A DNA stretch of 63,123 bases, filler included, from Octopus bimaculoides (GCF_001194135.2; 6 parts of 6 records of this genome joined end to end with filler, not necessarily neighbours in it), one strand, 5' to 3'; counted from the first letter of the whole stretch, positions 25,385 to 39,344 are shown. The notes: generated by a model from the letters alone, not told the origin. A program made the numbers and translations.

Positions 25385-25725
25385 GCCGATGTTATCATAA
25401 CAGCCCAAGGTCAATGCCTACCTACAAGGAGCTACCAGGCCAACATATTAAAGAACGGCACCTCCCAATATGCCATGTATGTCAACAACAAAATGAAACC
25501 ATTGATCATGTTGTCTCCATGTGCAGCCTTCTTGCACCTACAGAGTATCTCAACAGGCATGATAGAGCTGCACAGTATATTCACCGTGTAATTTGCAAAG
25601 ACTTGGACCTGCCCCATGATAAAAACTGGTGGGAACACAAACCACCTCCAGTGCTTAAAAATGACCACATCTCACTCCTCTGGAACTTCACCGTTCAAGC
25701 TGACAGAAAGATAGATGCGTAGGCC
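25385..25725 (+). mobile_element. R4/Dong-like LINE fragment, second subfamily
   Basis: CHVCQQQNETIDHVVSMCSLLAPTEYLNRHDRAAQYIH...NWWEHKPPPVLKNDHISLLWNFTVQADRKID is the CCHC knuckle plus the start of the RLE domain. Confidence 0.9.
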
Positions 25726-26159
25726 CATTGTAGTTATGTTTTCACGTGACAAGGGTTGATTCATCTACAATTGAAGGTCACAGAAAGAGTTAAGAACCCT
25801 GTCAGACAAACCTTCCTGTGATAAAGATGTCGCCCGAATGAAGGTCAGCCTTGTTTCAAGCACAGAATAAAGTTTAGTATAAATCAGGAACCAGGACCCC
25901 ACCCCCAACTCCACTTCACGCCACCACCACCACCACAACCAGTATCATCACCATCAACATCAGTACCAATATCATCAGCATACCCTTCAACACTACCATC
26001 ACCACTATCATCATTATCATTGTCATCATCATAATTAATATCACCATCATCATCATCATCATTAATAGGTAAAATTAGTGATGCGACGCATATTGGAACA
26101 TATGGTAGGCGGCTGGCAGATTCCATCTCAGCCTCTTCTTAATAATAAAAAAAACAACT

Positions 26160-26195
<36 letters not shown>

Positions 26196-26539
26196 CCGGT
26201 GGTGGTGGTGGTGGTGATAATGATGATAANNNNNNNNNNNNNNNNNNNNNNNNNNNNNNNNNNNNNNNNNNNNNNNNNNNNNNNNNNNNNNNNNNNNNNN
26301 NNNNNNNNNNNNNNNNNNNNNNNNNNNNNTTCCGGTGTGGGCAATAGGGGGCATTAGTAGAGTTATTTAAGGGCTAACCCCCCACCCTCCCTCTACTTCC
26401 ATAGATGTAAAAATAAAAAGAAAAGCGAGGGGGATTTTAGGCTTTTCGTGTTTATTCAGTGTTGTTTACACGTTTCATCTATTTCCGTAGCACAGCCTCC
26501 CTTACGTCGACATAGAGGAGGTTAGCTGGGATCGGGTAT

Positions 26540-26755
26540 ACGTCTATTAGGGGTCAGGCTCTAATTTAGAGTAAGGATGGGGTGTAAGTGTTAAGGTGCA
26601 GTGTTTCGAGGTTAATGTTGGGCCTAGATGTTGGAGTTGGTGTTGAAATTTAGTGTTATGAGTCTTGGTGTTGTTATTAGGGGTAGTTCAAAGGGGTAGT
26701 ATTAGGGGTTTGCAAGGGTATTGGGGTGTGAAGGTTGAGTTAGTGTTAGAGCAAC
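26540..26755. repeat. Degenerate G-rich TTAGGG-like tract
   Basis: Repeated TTAGGG, TAGGGG, GTTAG and TTGGGG variants; no perfect array. Confidence 0.45.
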
Positions 26756-26900
26756 TGCTGCTCCGTACATCGGGGAGGGTTTGTTTCGGAAGAAGTAAAG
26801 AAGAGGAAATTTGAAAATCGATAGCTAGCTATCCAAAACATAAACAGACAGATAGACAAATACACACACGCAAACACACACACATACACACGCACACACA

Positions 26901-27089
26901 TTTTAAGGTCCACAAAGATCAGAACTTAACTGCAACTCTTGGTGGTCCAAATCAGATATGCAACCTATGTGGGTATCTTTTTCAATACATTGTCTGGTTT
27001 AAAACTCCACTTCGTACGCCATGATGGATCTAAGGTGTAGGTACAGGAGGAGGTGGTCAAACTCTGCATAAGGAGTAGACAACCACCAT
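26901..27089 (+). mobile_element. 3' end of the same zinc-finger RTE LINE family
   Basis: FKVHKDQNLTATLGGPNQICNLCGYL..LSGLKLHFVRHD and terminal GGAGTAGACAACCACCAT are shared with 50615-50790 (reverse complement). Confidence 0.85.
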
Positions 27090-27620
27090 GTCTATATGCA
27101 TATTTCGTGTTCAGCAAAGAAGTGGTGCACAGGACCAGAAGGATTTGCGACTCGAGTCAAATATAACAAACTACTCTCCGAGTCGTTGTTAGAGTATCCG
27201 CATCAATGGATAGAAGACTGACTCGTTTGTACTGGCATCTAGTCGTCTAAGTTGTAAGAATGAAGACAAACCAAATAGGAGGATTCTGAAATCATTTAAT
27301 ACGTACATTTCAGGTTTGTGTAATATATAATAGGAACATGCATCCAATATGTAAGATCTTCCTCAGTTAAAGCACTTCAAAAATATTTTTGAAATGATTT
27401 GAAGTTTGAAGGTGACAGTGACTTCGAAGTTTCGGCTTCTCGCTATCGATAGGCTATCTGGTGAGGGTGAGCAATCCCAAATTTCGAAGTCACTAGCAAC
27501 CACATCCATTTTCTTGGACAGACAGACAAACAGACAGACAGAGAGAGATACATACACACATGCATGCATACATACATACATACATACATACATACTCAAA
27601 TACAAGAATATATAATATAT

Positions 27621-27702
<82 letters not shown>

Positions 27703-27823
27703 ATAGATAGATAGATAGATAGATATATATACATATATGTATTGTATGTACATATGCGTATATTTATATTTGAGTTGTGTGTGTATATGTGTATGTATTT
27801 ATGAGAGTATACCTATATTAATG

Positions 27824-27858
<35 letters not shown>

Positions 27859-28327
27859 GCATGCTTTTATAGCTGAAATATTTGCCGTCACAAATGTGTT
27901 AACGAGACCAACACCAGATGTTGCCAACAAAAACAAGATGGCCGGCGGCCATTTTCTAATTGGACGGGAGGAGAGGAGAGGAGAGGGAGGAGGTGGAGAA
28001 TTATGATGGCAGGGTAGATCATTAAAGTTGAGGTGGTGGCGGCAGTGGCGGTGGTGGTGAGAGATATTACAGTAGTATGACTAGATTGAGATGTCGGTGG
28101 TGATGGTGATGATGATGATGATGATGATAGTCGTATAATGGTGGTGGTGGTGGTGGTGATGATGGTACATAGGAATGTCGACATGCTTGTAATGAATAAC
28201 GCCAAGCTTTATGGCTGTTAGCCTTTAATCTCACTCTCACTCTCTCTCTCCTCCTTTATCTCTCCATCTCTCTCTCTCTTTTTCTCTGTACTTCAGCAGT
28301 GGTGGTGGTGGTGGTGGTAGCACTTGT

Positions 28328-28416
<89 letters not shown>

Positions 28417-28439
28417 CAGCGCTCCAGTATTCCATCTGC

Positions 28440-29142
28440 AATACGTTACATCATTCAGGGATCGTTGCACCAATTTCAAACCTGTTCCTTGTCATCCCAC
28501 TTTCTGGAAACGACTGAACGACACATTTTCCCGTTCATCGTCCTCGACACAATCAAGGAGATCTTGTGCAACTGAAACCCGAATGTCTTCTTGGTCGGCT
28601 GAAAGCAGTTTTGGCACAAACTTGGCAGACACTCGTCTCATACCCAAATCTTCAGTGATAATGGACTGAACTGAACCGTAACTCATCTGCACATCCACTG
28701 ATAACTCACGGATGGTGATTCGACGATTTCCCCTCACAGCTTCACCCACATCGGCGATGTTTTTCACAGTTCTGCTGGTTGCGGGTTCTCCCAGAACGTT
28801 CGTCAATATCGACATTTTATCGGCCATCTTGGAAACGTCTGAACCACTCGTCCACCTGTGTGCGACTCATACACTCCTTTCCAAATACTTTCTGCAACTT
28901 TGCTTGACCTCTGAGCAGGTATCGCCATGACAACTTTCTCTGACATGGTCAAAGCGACGATCACACGCTACACACCTTCCTTCCAAGCACTGATGTGAAC
29001 AGCGGAAGTGAACTAGAATGTTAAAATTTAGTGTCCAAACACAACACAGTCCAAGGTCAATCTGTGCCGAGTGGCTTTACTCTGCATGCTTTAGCTTCGT
29101 TATTATAGCAACAGTCCGGATACTTATTGATTAGACCTCGTA
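28440..29142 (-). mobile_element. Internally deleted mariner transposon
   Basis: HTH region QKVFGKECMSRTQVDEWFRRFQDGR and RRITIRELSVDVQMSYGSVQSIITEDLGMRRVSAKFVPKLL. TIR TACGAGGTCTAATCAATAAGTATCCGGACTG at 29142-29112. Catalytic domain absent. Confidence 0.85.
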
Positions 29143-29768
29143 CTTCGTAATCCATCATGGTTGTATAACGAAATACGCTGTCCCTACCAACAATTAATAT
29201 ATGCGTCCAGTTGCCAGGAACGTGTTTAATATGTAAAATTGGTTTATCCAATTGTGTTACGCCGCTTAATTAGGGACTATTTAAGCAGTGTGTTCGTGAA
29301 CGGTTAACGGGGTGGATGTGGAGCTGAAGAAACAGCAAGAACTCCTGAAACATGTATATACACTCATCACTTATTTTTCTGTTTTCGATTGCATTGCTTA
29401 CATAGCAGATAAAATAAGAGGACATCCACTCAGAACATTGTTGAGTATCTAGAGACAAGTTGGAAAGAATGGTAGACAGACAGACAGACAGACAGACGGA
29501 AAGGAGACAGGATGGGAGGGAGGCAAAAAGGCAGACAAATGGAAGTTACTGACATATTTGCGAGAGAAGGTAGACAGATTGGGAGACAATTCTAAGGTAC
29601 AAATAGACATTCGTTGACCGGCATAGAGAAGGATAGAGAGGCAGAGAGACAGACAGACAGACTCTCCTGATTTACAACAACAGCAACAACAACAACAACA
29701 ATAATAATAATAATTTGTAACGAAAGGAAAAGAAACAGATTGGTAAAACTGTACGGTGAAAACAAAAT

Positions 29769-29809
<41 letters not shown>

Positions 29810-30452
29810 AGTCTAATGTTGTTGATTCTGAAAACACATCCCCAACATATGTTTTCTCCACCTCAGAAAAGTTGGTTCTATGTAAAAATCAACGACGTAA
29901 TTGAGATAACACAGAGATTTGATGTATGCGTATCTGTGTGTGTGTGTGTGTGTGTGTGTACATATACCTGTGTAAGATCGTGTATGTGCAGATGAGCGTG
30001 TACGTAGGTATGTATATACATATATGTATGTGTGTATATATACATATATATGTATGTGTATACATATATATGCATACATATAAACGTACACAGCAGGTAT
30101 ACATAATACATATTTACATACATACATATACAAACATACATACATGTGTATGTTTGTATACATACACGCACGCACACACCCATATCAGCGACTGCACACT
30201 TGATTGAGAAGCAGAGCGAAGTGCTATCTGCGTGGATACGTAAATAGGGCTACAGAAACCCATTTTATCTTTGCATGTTCTATATTTGTCAGCCATGTGA
30301 GAGGTCTGCTATGACAGTTGTACGTGGGTCGAGATATTAACTTTATCTTATCTCGCTAGTTATTTCTCTATTGACACATCTACCTACCCACACACTGACA
30401 TACATACATACATATATATATATAGATAGATATATATGTGTGTGTATGTGCG

Positions 30453-30486
<34 letters not shown>

Positions 30487-31201
30487 CGTACACATATTTA
30501 CATATATACATATATACTTATACATATATAGACACACATACGCGAATTTATATCTTCACGAACATACATTCACGCTCACACACGTACATACATACATACG
30601 TACATACATACATACATACATACATACATACATACATACATACATACATACGTACGTACGTACGTACGTACTCACACGTATCTGGGAAGAGGCATTTCTT
30701 TCACGCATGTTACATTGAGAAACACGACTATGTTCCAGGTTACTCTTTTTAATTAGTTCTATTTCTTCGTATCCTTCTATCTAACCTTTGCTGTATATTT
30801 CCAGTAACAAGGCTTCTAAATTTTGCATTTTATAACTTTCCACCCTATCTGATCCTCATTATCGGGATACGGAGGGTGTTGGCTTCTATACTGCTTTTCT
30901 TAAACAGTTATTTATGCAGGCTGTTTTTTTCTTTATTTATTTTAGATGTACGAAACACTGAACTCCAGGTTATGAACCTAAATGCTCTTTTAACTGGCTA
31001 ATTAATTAATCAATTAATTTTGAAAATGATTCAGTTAAAAATAATTGCCTATTGTTATGTATGTATGTATGAATGTATGCATGTATGTATATGTGAATGT
31101 ATGTATGTGTGCATGTATATATGTTTTCATGTATTTATGCGTATGTATGTGTGTACGTATGTAAATGGGTATGTATGCGCGTGTATGGCAGCAAGTATGT
31201 A

Positions 31202-31665
31202 TACAGGATGTATCCTGAAGTACAACTGGAAGCTTTAAAACGCAGCTGAAGTACAAAGTACACAACTTACTAAGATAAGTTTAAAGCAGATGGAATTGTA
31301 GTTCAGAATGATTACAAGAAATGTTCCGGAAGACGGCGGACATCAAACGAAGTCCACAATGCAACAAAAGATGCTAGAGAAGTATTGCCAGAGTTCAGGA
31401 GAATCTGTGTGGAAGTGAGTCATGAGATAGGAAGTTCGAGATCAAGCAAGCATCACATTTTTTTAAACGATGTCAATGGAAAAGTTAGATTTGAAGAATA
31501 GTCCATGCTCTGAATGAAGATGATCCAGGCTCAAGATTGGAACTTTGCTCTTGGTATTTGGCAAGATGTGTAGAAGATGGACACTTTCCAACAAAGATTG
31601 TCTGGAGTGAATAGGCTATATTTAAATTAAATGACTCAACTAACCATATCAATTGCCCACACACA

Positions 31666-31756
<91 letters not shown>

Positions 31757-32456
31757 GCTCAGAATCTGAATACCATAGACGAACATCCTGTTAATTTACC
31801 AGGAGTTACAGGATGGTGAAGCTTACCATCAAAAGGATTAATTGGACCATTCTTTTTGATGGTTCTATGTTTGGTCCCATTTATTTGAACTTGCTGTGAT
31901 GGTCTGTCTTACTCTTTTACTTGTTTCAGTCATTTGACTGTGGCCATGCTGGAGCACCGCTTTTGTCTTGCCAAAATTTCAAGAAGACTTTGAAAATGTG
32001 AAGTTTTATTTCCAGCAATATGAGGTACTTTACATTATTGTAAGAGCCTACCTCAAATGAGATGGTACGAAATAAGTTAATTGTATGAACAGGCTCCGCA
32101 GAATACCTTCCAAGTTTATCGGACTACACACAATTAGACTATTTTTTAAATCATAATACTTACAAAATCAAGTTTACGGCACAGAACCAGCAACAGTTGA
32201 TGAAGTGAGGGCAGCCATTGAACAAAAATGCGCACAAACACCAAATGAAATGTTTCTTGAGGTTTGTGATTCCACTTCTTCGTATTATCAGCAATGGCTG
32301 GGACCAGAACAGGCATTTCTTTGAAGACGCATTCATAAAAAATAAATCAAATTCTGTCAATAAATTCCATTTAATTTTGAAAATGAAATGTCTATTAATA
32401 AACACTGACTTTATAATCATCCAATATCTAGACGCATTCTTTTGGAACGCCTTGTA
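31202..32456 (+). mobile_element. Degenerate Tc1/mariner-superfamily transposon (maT/DD37D-like), interrupted by (CT)n and a SINE tail
   Basis: Frames give [66 protein letters not shown]. Ends TACAGGATGT (left) and GAACGCCTTGTA (right). Confidence 0.8.
31909..31960 (-). mobile_element. SINE family D tail inserted in the Tc1-like transposase
   Basis: CTTTTACTTGTTTCAGTCATTTGACTGTGGCCATGCTGGAGCACCGC. Confidence 0.8.
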
Positions 32457-32504
32457 CATACACTCACACACACACACACACAACACACACACACATACAC
32501 ACAA

Positions 32505-32539
<35 letters not shown>

Positions 32540-32671
32540 TAGATTGTATTGTATACATCTAAAAGATGTATATATATATATATATACATAGATAGATTGA
32601 GAGAGAGACATATATATATTATATATATGGTCATATATGTGTCTGTTTGCATGTGTGTATGTATGTGTGTG

Positions 32672-32704
<33 letters not shown>

Positions 32705-33035
32705 ATTTCATGCACATACATATAACAGCTACCCCTTACACACACACATACAGACATGAGATCATACACAAGCACACACATACACTAGACTAACAAACTG
32801 TATGTTTTATTATTTACTTCCGGTGTCTAACGAGTTCCGGTATCAACTAAGGCACCCCTATCAGATAAGCTAACCTAACTCACCCTCCCCCCTTACATCA
32901 CCGAGATACTACCTAACCTCCATATGAAGAATTTGACGAGTCTTGGTGCCAATATTTCCTGGTCGTCCTGTTTGATCCGTCAAAGATAAAATAGGGTATC
33001 AAATGACGAAATATATTTAAAGACAAGCGTCCTGC

Positions 33036-33083
33036 CTCAAAGACCCCCTCTCAAAGACCCCCTCTCAAAGACCCCCTCTCAAA
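33036..33083. repeat. 14-bp minisatellite (CTCAAAGACCCCCT) x3.4
   Basis: Units start at 33036, 33050, 33064 and 33078. Confidence 0.95.
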
Positions 33084-33140
33084 AGAATGCCTAAAACTGA
33101 ATTCTTGAAGAAATTATCTTTTTTAAAATCTCTCTATACC

Positions 33141-33206
33141 TTTTCCTCTGTCTTATACTTGTTATAGTCATTCGATTGCGGCCATGCTGTTGCACTGCCT
33201 TCAAGA
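33141..33206 (-). mobile_element. SINE family D tail
   Basis: ACTTGTTATAGTCATTCGATTGCGGCCATGCTG. Confidence 0.65.
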
Positions 33207-33566
33207 ATTCACTCGAACGAATTGCCTCCCAAAGTACTTTTCTTTTGTCAGCCTGCCATTTATTCTACTTCTTCTCTTCTGCCGAACCGGAGGAGCGACA
33301 ATGTTCGCCTTCACCACTTAGTTGCCCTCGTTTCTTGTGCACTATCGGGGGTGGTTAAAGTTTGGGGAGTATTCAGTTGTGTTTGTGTCAAAGTTGTGGT
33401 GTGCAGCATGTGTGTGTGTGTGTGCGTGACCTCGGTGGCTTCTGAACCTAGGTACAGTGGGAAGTAAAGAACATAAAAATGAAATTAACAGCAACAACCA
33501 CAACAACAACAATAATAACAAGAATAATTGCTTGCAACAACAACAAAAAAAACAACAACATTAATA

Positions 33567-33601
<35 letters not shown>

Positions 33602-34129
33602 GAGCAATGAATGCAAAATAAATTAATGGAGTTTATTCAAATCACCGACCTCCCGTCTAACCCTCCCCCTCCATTTCTGACCTTGCTACACAATATTTGC
33701 ATAAAAGCTCGAAACACCCGCTTTATAAAATCGATAAATATTGATTAAGATCAATTGAATGAAGGAGAAAGAAACGAAAGGGAAAAGAAAATAGTCATCT
33801 ATTTAGTCATATGTTTCAGTGCTTGAGTGTTTTGCTGGATAGGTGGGGGGAGCATCATTAGATATATGACTTTTGAAGTGTGTTGGGTTTAAATGGAACG
33901 GTAACTTGGGGGAGCATCAACAGAGGTGAATTGTGTTAACTTAAAGAGAAGTGTAGGTGGCGGGAGCAGCAACAATTGTGGAGTGTGTTACATTAAAAAG
34001 AACGATAGATATCGAGTATAACAATGAAAATTTCAAGAGTGAATGGAGTTGAATTAAATAAAAATACTACAAAAATATTTCATAAAAACAATAGAAAACT
34101 AATCCCTCCGTCTTCTCCGCCCTTTATTC

Positions 34130-35260
34130 TTGGGAGAGAACCTCCGTGGGGTTCTCTCAGAAGCATATATCATTACACTTTCTGACCAGATTCCCAAGCG
34201 TGACCAATTGAGACAATGGACATTATCCAACCGTCTCATTCTTGGTCGCGTACCAGTTGGCTTGGCTTAAAGAATCTGTCACGTGATTCTTCCTCGTGAC
34301 ATTCTAACAATATGTCAGTCGTACCAGACGTATGACCTCTCAATGCGGAGAAGTAGCGGTTCGACTTGGGGCGAATCCCTAATCTCCAAGCTATTCACCC
34401 TATCAATTAACGTTACTCCAGACATCCTCATGAGGAACCCCATTTCAGCCCCTTGTGTTCGTGACTGAATGACTCTTCGTCATTACCCATCTGGGCTTTC
34501 GTCTAGGGACTTCGCAGCATCCAGAAGCTGCTCATTTATCCCAAAATCCCGGAAAACCCGTCAAGGTAAATCTTGCGGCACGCGGTCATACGCCTCTTCA
34601 AAGTTTTCAAAGCAAGCATACGCCTCTTTGCAAATATTCTGGCAATTTCTCGAAGACCTGTCGTAGAGTGAATATCCGGTCAGTTGTGCTGCGTCCAGGA
34701 CGGAAGTAGCATTGTTCTTCTCCAGACACCGAGCGTAAATGGCTTAATCTTGAACGTTTTTTTTTTTACTGTCTTTGCTGCAACTTTTCGCGCCTCGTTA
34801 TATCGCATGGAGACTTTATTTTCAAGCCAAACTTTGTAAACCACCTTCTTTGCTGGGATGGCATTTTTAACTTCCTGGTTAAAGCAGGAAGTTCTTTTAC
34901 CATTCGGTGCCACACGAAGCCATTTCCTTCCAGTGTATAATACAACCAAAGAAGAAACTACCAAACAAAACAATCTCCAGTCCGTGTCGACGTGTTCTGT
35001 GTTTAGGAAGGTCTCTGGATTTGGATGCGATTCGGGTCCGCATATTTGTTTCTGATCTCTTCAGCTGCCAGGGCTTTAACCTGTAAGTTGTAATGGACTT
35101 ACCATCTTTGAGAGTTCTCCCTGTTGGAGATAATCCAAGGTTGCAGACAGGTGGTTGATTAGGGGATAGGTCAGCTGCTCTCTTTACACGAAAGTCCAGC
35201 ACAGATTTTTTTTTAAAGTTCGAGATGACAAAATCTATTTGGCCAGAGCAATACAAATGC
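34130..35260 (-). mobile_element. Deleted RTE-clade LINE (Rex3/Expander-like)
   Basis: APE end (IDFVIS...VLDFRVKRAADLS), RT ([25 protein letters not shown]) and C-terminus (AEMGFLMRMSGVTLIDRVNSLEIRDSPQVEPLLLRIERS) joined by internal deletions. Confidence 0.85.
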
Positions 35261-36031
35261 TAGCTTGGTGCCTGACGCGAATAAGACCACCAAAATCTGC
35301 AATAGGAAACGGGTTTGAAAGAACAAGCATAGAACATCGCCCGTCGCACGGGTTAAGAAGGGACGAATTTGGGTCTTTGGCAGAAGAATCCGTTCGAAAA
35401 ATATATTGCACTCTCAGTCTAAACAGAAGAGGACAAACAGCGATAAGCCTGCAACATGTTCTGTGAGTTGTGGGACGGGAGCACAAAAGAATCATGTCCC
35501 TGGGTCCCAAGGCAGATCCAGGAAGCAACAACCGTTTTTCACGAATACAAATTACCACAAAACAAAACAAACAAAAGAAAAGCAATTTTCTGCCTTCAAG
35601 GAAACCACCAAATATAAAACAGAAGCGACAAATGGCAGAGAAACAAAAAGAAGAGGGAGAAACAACGACAGAAATTGGGAGAAAACCTTCTAAAACCAAA
35701 AATTAGAATATTTTGATAAAGCGGCGGAGGAGGAGGCGGCGGAGGGAGTTCCTCAAGACAGAAAACAGCTGAACAAACTTGAATGACTTGAAGCATTGAA
35801 AATCTAAATAAATAAAAAAGAAAATAAGAAAGACAGATTCTCTTATTATCCAGCATTATCATCATGATGATCATCATCGTAACCATCACCATCGGTATTA
35901 CTACCAACCTATGTCCCCGTGTCAGCAGGTTCAATTCCAAGGATCGCCATCTCAATCTTTCTTCTGCTCTCTTGATATACATTACTCTTTAATTTTCATT
36001 CTATCCGATTCTTGATATTATCCAGTCACAC

Positions 36032-36074
<43 letters not shown>

Positions 36075-37700
36075 NNNNNNNNNNNNNNNNNNNNNNNNNN
36101 NNNNNNNNNNNNNNNNNNNNNNNNNNNNNNNNNNNNNNNNNNNNNNNNNNNNNNNNNNNNNNNNNNNNNNNNNNNNNNNNNNNNNNNNNNNNNNNNNNNN
36201 NNNNNNNNNNNNNNNNNNNNNNNNNNNNNNNNNNNNNNNNNNNNNNNNNNNNNNNNNNNNNNNNNNNNNNNNNNNNNNNNNNNNNNNNNNNNNNNNNNNN
36301 NNNNNNNNNNNNNNNNNNNNNNNNNNNNNNNNNNNNNNNNNNNNNNNNNNNNNNNNNNNNNNNNNNNNNNNNNNNNNNNNNNNNNNNNNNNNNNNNNNNN
36401 NNNNNNNNNNNNNNNNNNNNNNNNNNNNNNNNNNNNNNNNNNNNNNNNNNNNNNNNNNNNNNNNNNNNNNNNNNNNNNNNNNNNNNNNNNNNNNNNNNNN
36501 NNNNNNNNNNNNNNNNNNNNNNNNNNNNNNNNNNNNNNNNNNNNNNNNNNNNNNNNNNNNNNNNNNNNNNNNNNNNNNNNNNNNNNNNNNNNNNNNNNNN
36601 NNNNNNNNNNNNNNNNNNNNNNNNNNNNNNNNNNNNNNNNNNNNNNNNNNNNNNNNNNNNNNNNNNNNNNNNNNNNNNNNNNNNNNNNNNNNNNNNNNNN
36701 NNNNNNNNNNNNNNNNNNNNNNNNNNNNNNNNNNNNNNNNNNNNNNNNNNNNNNNNNNNNNNNNNNNNNNNNNNNNNNNNNNNNNNNGGTAGTGGTTGTT
36801 GTAGTGGCGATGGTGATGGTGGCAGTTGTGGTGGTAGTGGTGGTGGTGGTGGTGGTGGCGGTGGCGGTGTAACTAGCAAAAATGACAGAAGTAATTAAAT
36901 GAGAGTATGCGCGCCCGCGTGTGTACACGACTGTGTGTGTTTGTGTGTAATGTGTAGGGATGTGCACGTATGTGCATCTGTGTGCGTTGTGTATATGCGT
37001 GTATATACGTGCATGTATGTGTATACATGTGTGCGTGTGTATCTGTGTGTAATGTAAATTCATATATATGCGTACGTATATGTATGGATGTGTACGTACG
37101 TGTATGTGTATGTAATGTATATATATATATATATGTGTGTGTGTGTATGTGTATGTATGCATGTATACGTGTACGCATGCATGTGTATATACATGTGCAA
37201 GCTTGTGTGTGTGTGTGTGTGTATGCAATATGTGATGTGGAGGCCTTCAGAAATAAAGTGTAATGAAGGAGAGGGGAGAAGAAGAAGAAGAAGAAGAAGA
37301 AGAAGAAGAAGAAGAAGAAGAAGAAGAAGAAGAAGAAGAAGAAGAAGAAGAAGAAGAAGAGCGGGAGAGAGAAGGAAAGAGAGTGTAGTTATTGAGGGCC
37401 ACGTGTCTTGATGTCTCTAGAGGACAGCAGTAACAGGCCTTTTGTTAAGGGGTTTTGTTATCCCTCTTTTACGACCCTCCCCTACCACCACCACATATAT
37501 TATAGCCCTCCCCCCTCTATTCAACTAACAGCACTGGAGGTGGGTGGCGGTGGGAGGTACAGGGAGAAGGGGGGACAAGTGACGTTGAACACCTCTGTGC
37601 GTGTATATGTATGTATATGTATGTGTGTGTGCGTGTGTATATATAATGTTTTATATGTGCATATATGTGTGTGTTATGTCTGTGTATGCATGTGTGTGTA

Positions 37701-37742
<42 letters not shown>

Positions 37743-37839
37743 TGTATGAAAATCGCCAGTTGCTGACACAGTTTAGCCCCAGGTCACCTAGCTGATCAGA
37801 TTTGTGAACAAAGGCTTTCCAACTGTGACCATTCCATCG

Positions 37840-37882
<43 letters not shown>

Positions 37883-38301
37883 NNNNNNNNNNNNNNNNNN
37901 NNNNNNNNNNNNNNNNNNNNNNNNNNNNNNNNNNNNNNNNNNNNNNNNNNNNNNNNNNNNNNNNNNNNNNNNNNNNNNNNNNNNNNNNNNNNNNNNNNNN
38001 NNNNNNNNNNNNNNNNNNNNNNNNNNNNNNNNNNNNNNNNNNNNNNNNNNNNNNNNNNNNNNNNNNNNNNNNNNNNNNNNNNNNNNNNNNNNNNNNNNNN
38101 NNNNNNNNNNNNNNNNNNNNNNNNNNNNNNNNNNNNNNNNNNNNNNNNNNNNNNNNNNNNNNNNNNNNNNNNNNNNNNNNNNNNNNNNNNNNNNNNNNNN
38201 NNNNNNNNNNNNNNNNNNNNNNNNNNNNNNNNNNNNNNNNNNNNNNNNNNNNNNNNNNNNNNNNNNNNNNNNNNNNNNNNNNNNNNNNNNNNNNNNNNNN
38301 N

Positions 38302-38336
<35 letters not shown>

Positions 38337-38521
38337 GCACAAACACACATATATATAAATGGATATATGTGTGTGCATATATATATATATATATATGTGT
38401 GTATATATATGTATGTATGTGTGTACATGTATGCATGCGTGCGAAAGCAGTGAGCGAGAGAGACAAAGAGAGGGGGACGGGAAGAGACCGAGCCACGTAT
38501 GTCTTTGGTATGTGTGTATGC

Positions 38522-38554
<33 letters not shown>

Positions 38555-39234
38555 GCTGTCTAAAGGTATGACTGATGAAGTGCCGGCTGATGACATAGTC
38601 ACTTAAGAATGACTGTAGAATCCCCCATCACCATCACTAGCGCCGGCACTACCTCCGTCTCCGTCTCAGCCGCTGCCGCTGCGGAGCTGAAGGAGGCACA
38701 ATGAAATAAGGAGTCTTTGGAAGAGGAGGAGGAAAAGTGGGGATCAGGCGGGGAAGAGAATNNNNNNNNNNNNNNNNNNNNNNNNNNNNNNNNNNNNNNN
38801 NNNNNNNNNNNNNNNNNNNNNNNNNNNNNNNNNNNNNNNNNNNNNNNNNNNNNNNNNNNNNNNNNNNNNNNNNNNNNNNNNNNNNNNNNNNNNNNNNNNN
38901 NNNNNNNNNNNNNNNNNNNNNNNNNNNNNNNNNNNNNNNNNNNNNNNNNNNNNNNNNNNNNNNNNNNNNNNNNNNNNNNNNNNNNNNNNNNNNNNNNNNN
39001 NNNNNNNNNNNNNNNNNNNNNNNNNNNNNNNNNNNNNNNNNNNNNNNNNNNNNNNNNNNNNNNNNNNNNNNNNNNNNNNNNNNNNNNNNNNNNNNNNNNN
39101 NNNNNNNNNNNNNNNNNNNNNNNNNNNNNNNNNNNNNNNNNNNNNNNNNNNNNNNNNNNNNNNNNNNNNNNNNNNNNNNNNNNNNNNNNNNNNNNNNNNN
39201 NNNNNNNNNNNNNNNNNNNNNNNNNNNNNNNNNN

Positions 39235-39288
<54 letters not shown>

Positions 39289-39344
39289 TTTGGTCCTTAG
39301 AATTCCCAACTGCTGACAGACAACTTTTCGATTATCTTCTTGTT

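Noticed and set aside
35235-35706. Several overlapping 75-154 aa ORFs next to the RTE fragment
   Set aside because: No recognisable homology; composition is driven by A-rich low complexity.
38589-38704. Short GC-rich ORF MTVESPITITSAGTTSVSVSAAAAAELKEAQ
   Set aside because: Only 31 aa, low complexity, no homology recognised and bounded by a gap.
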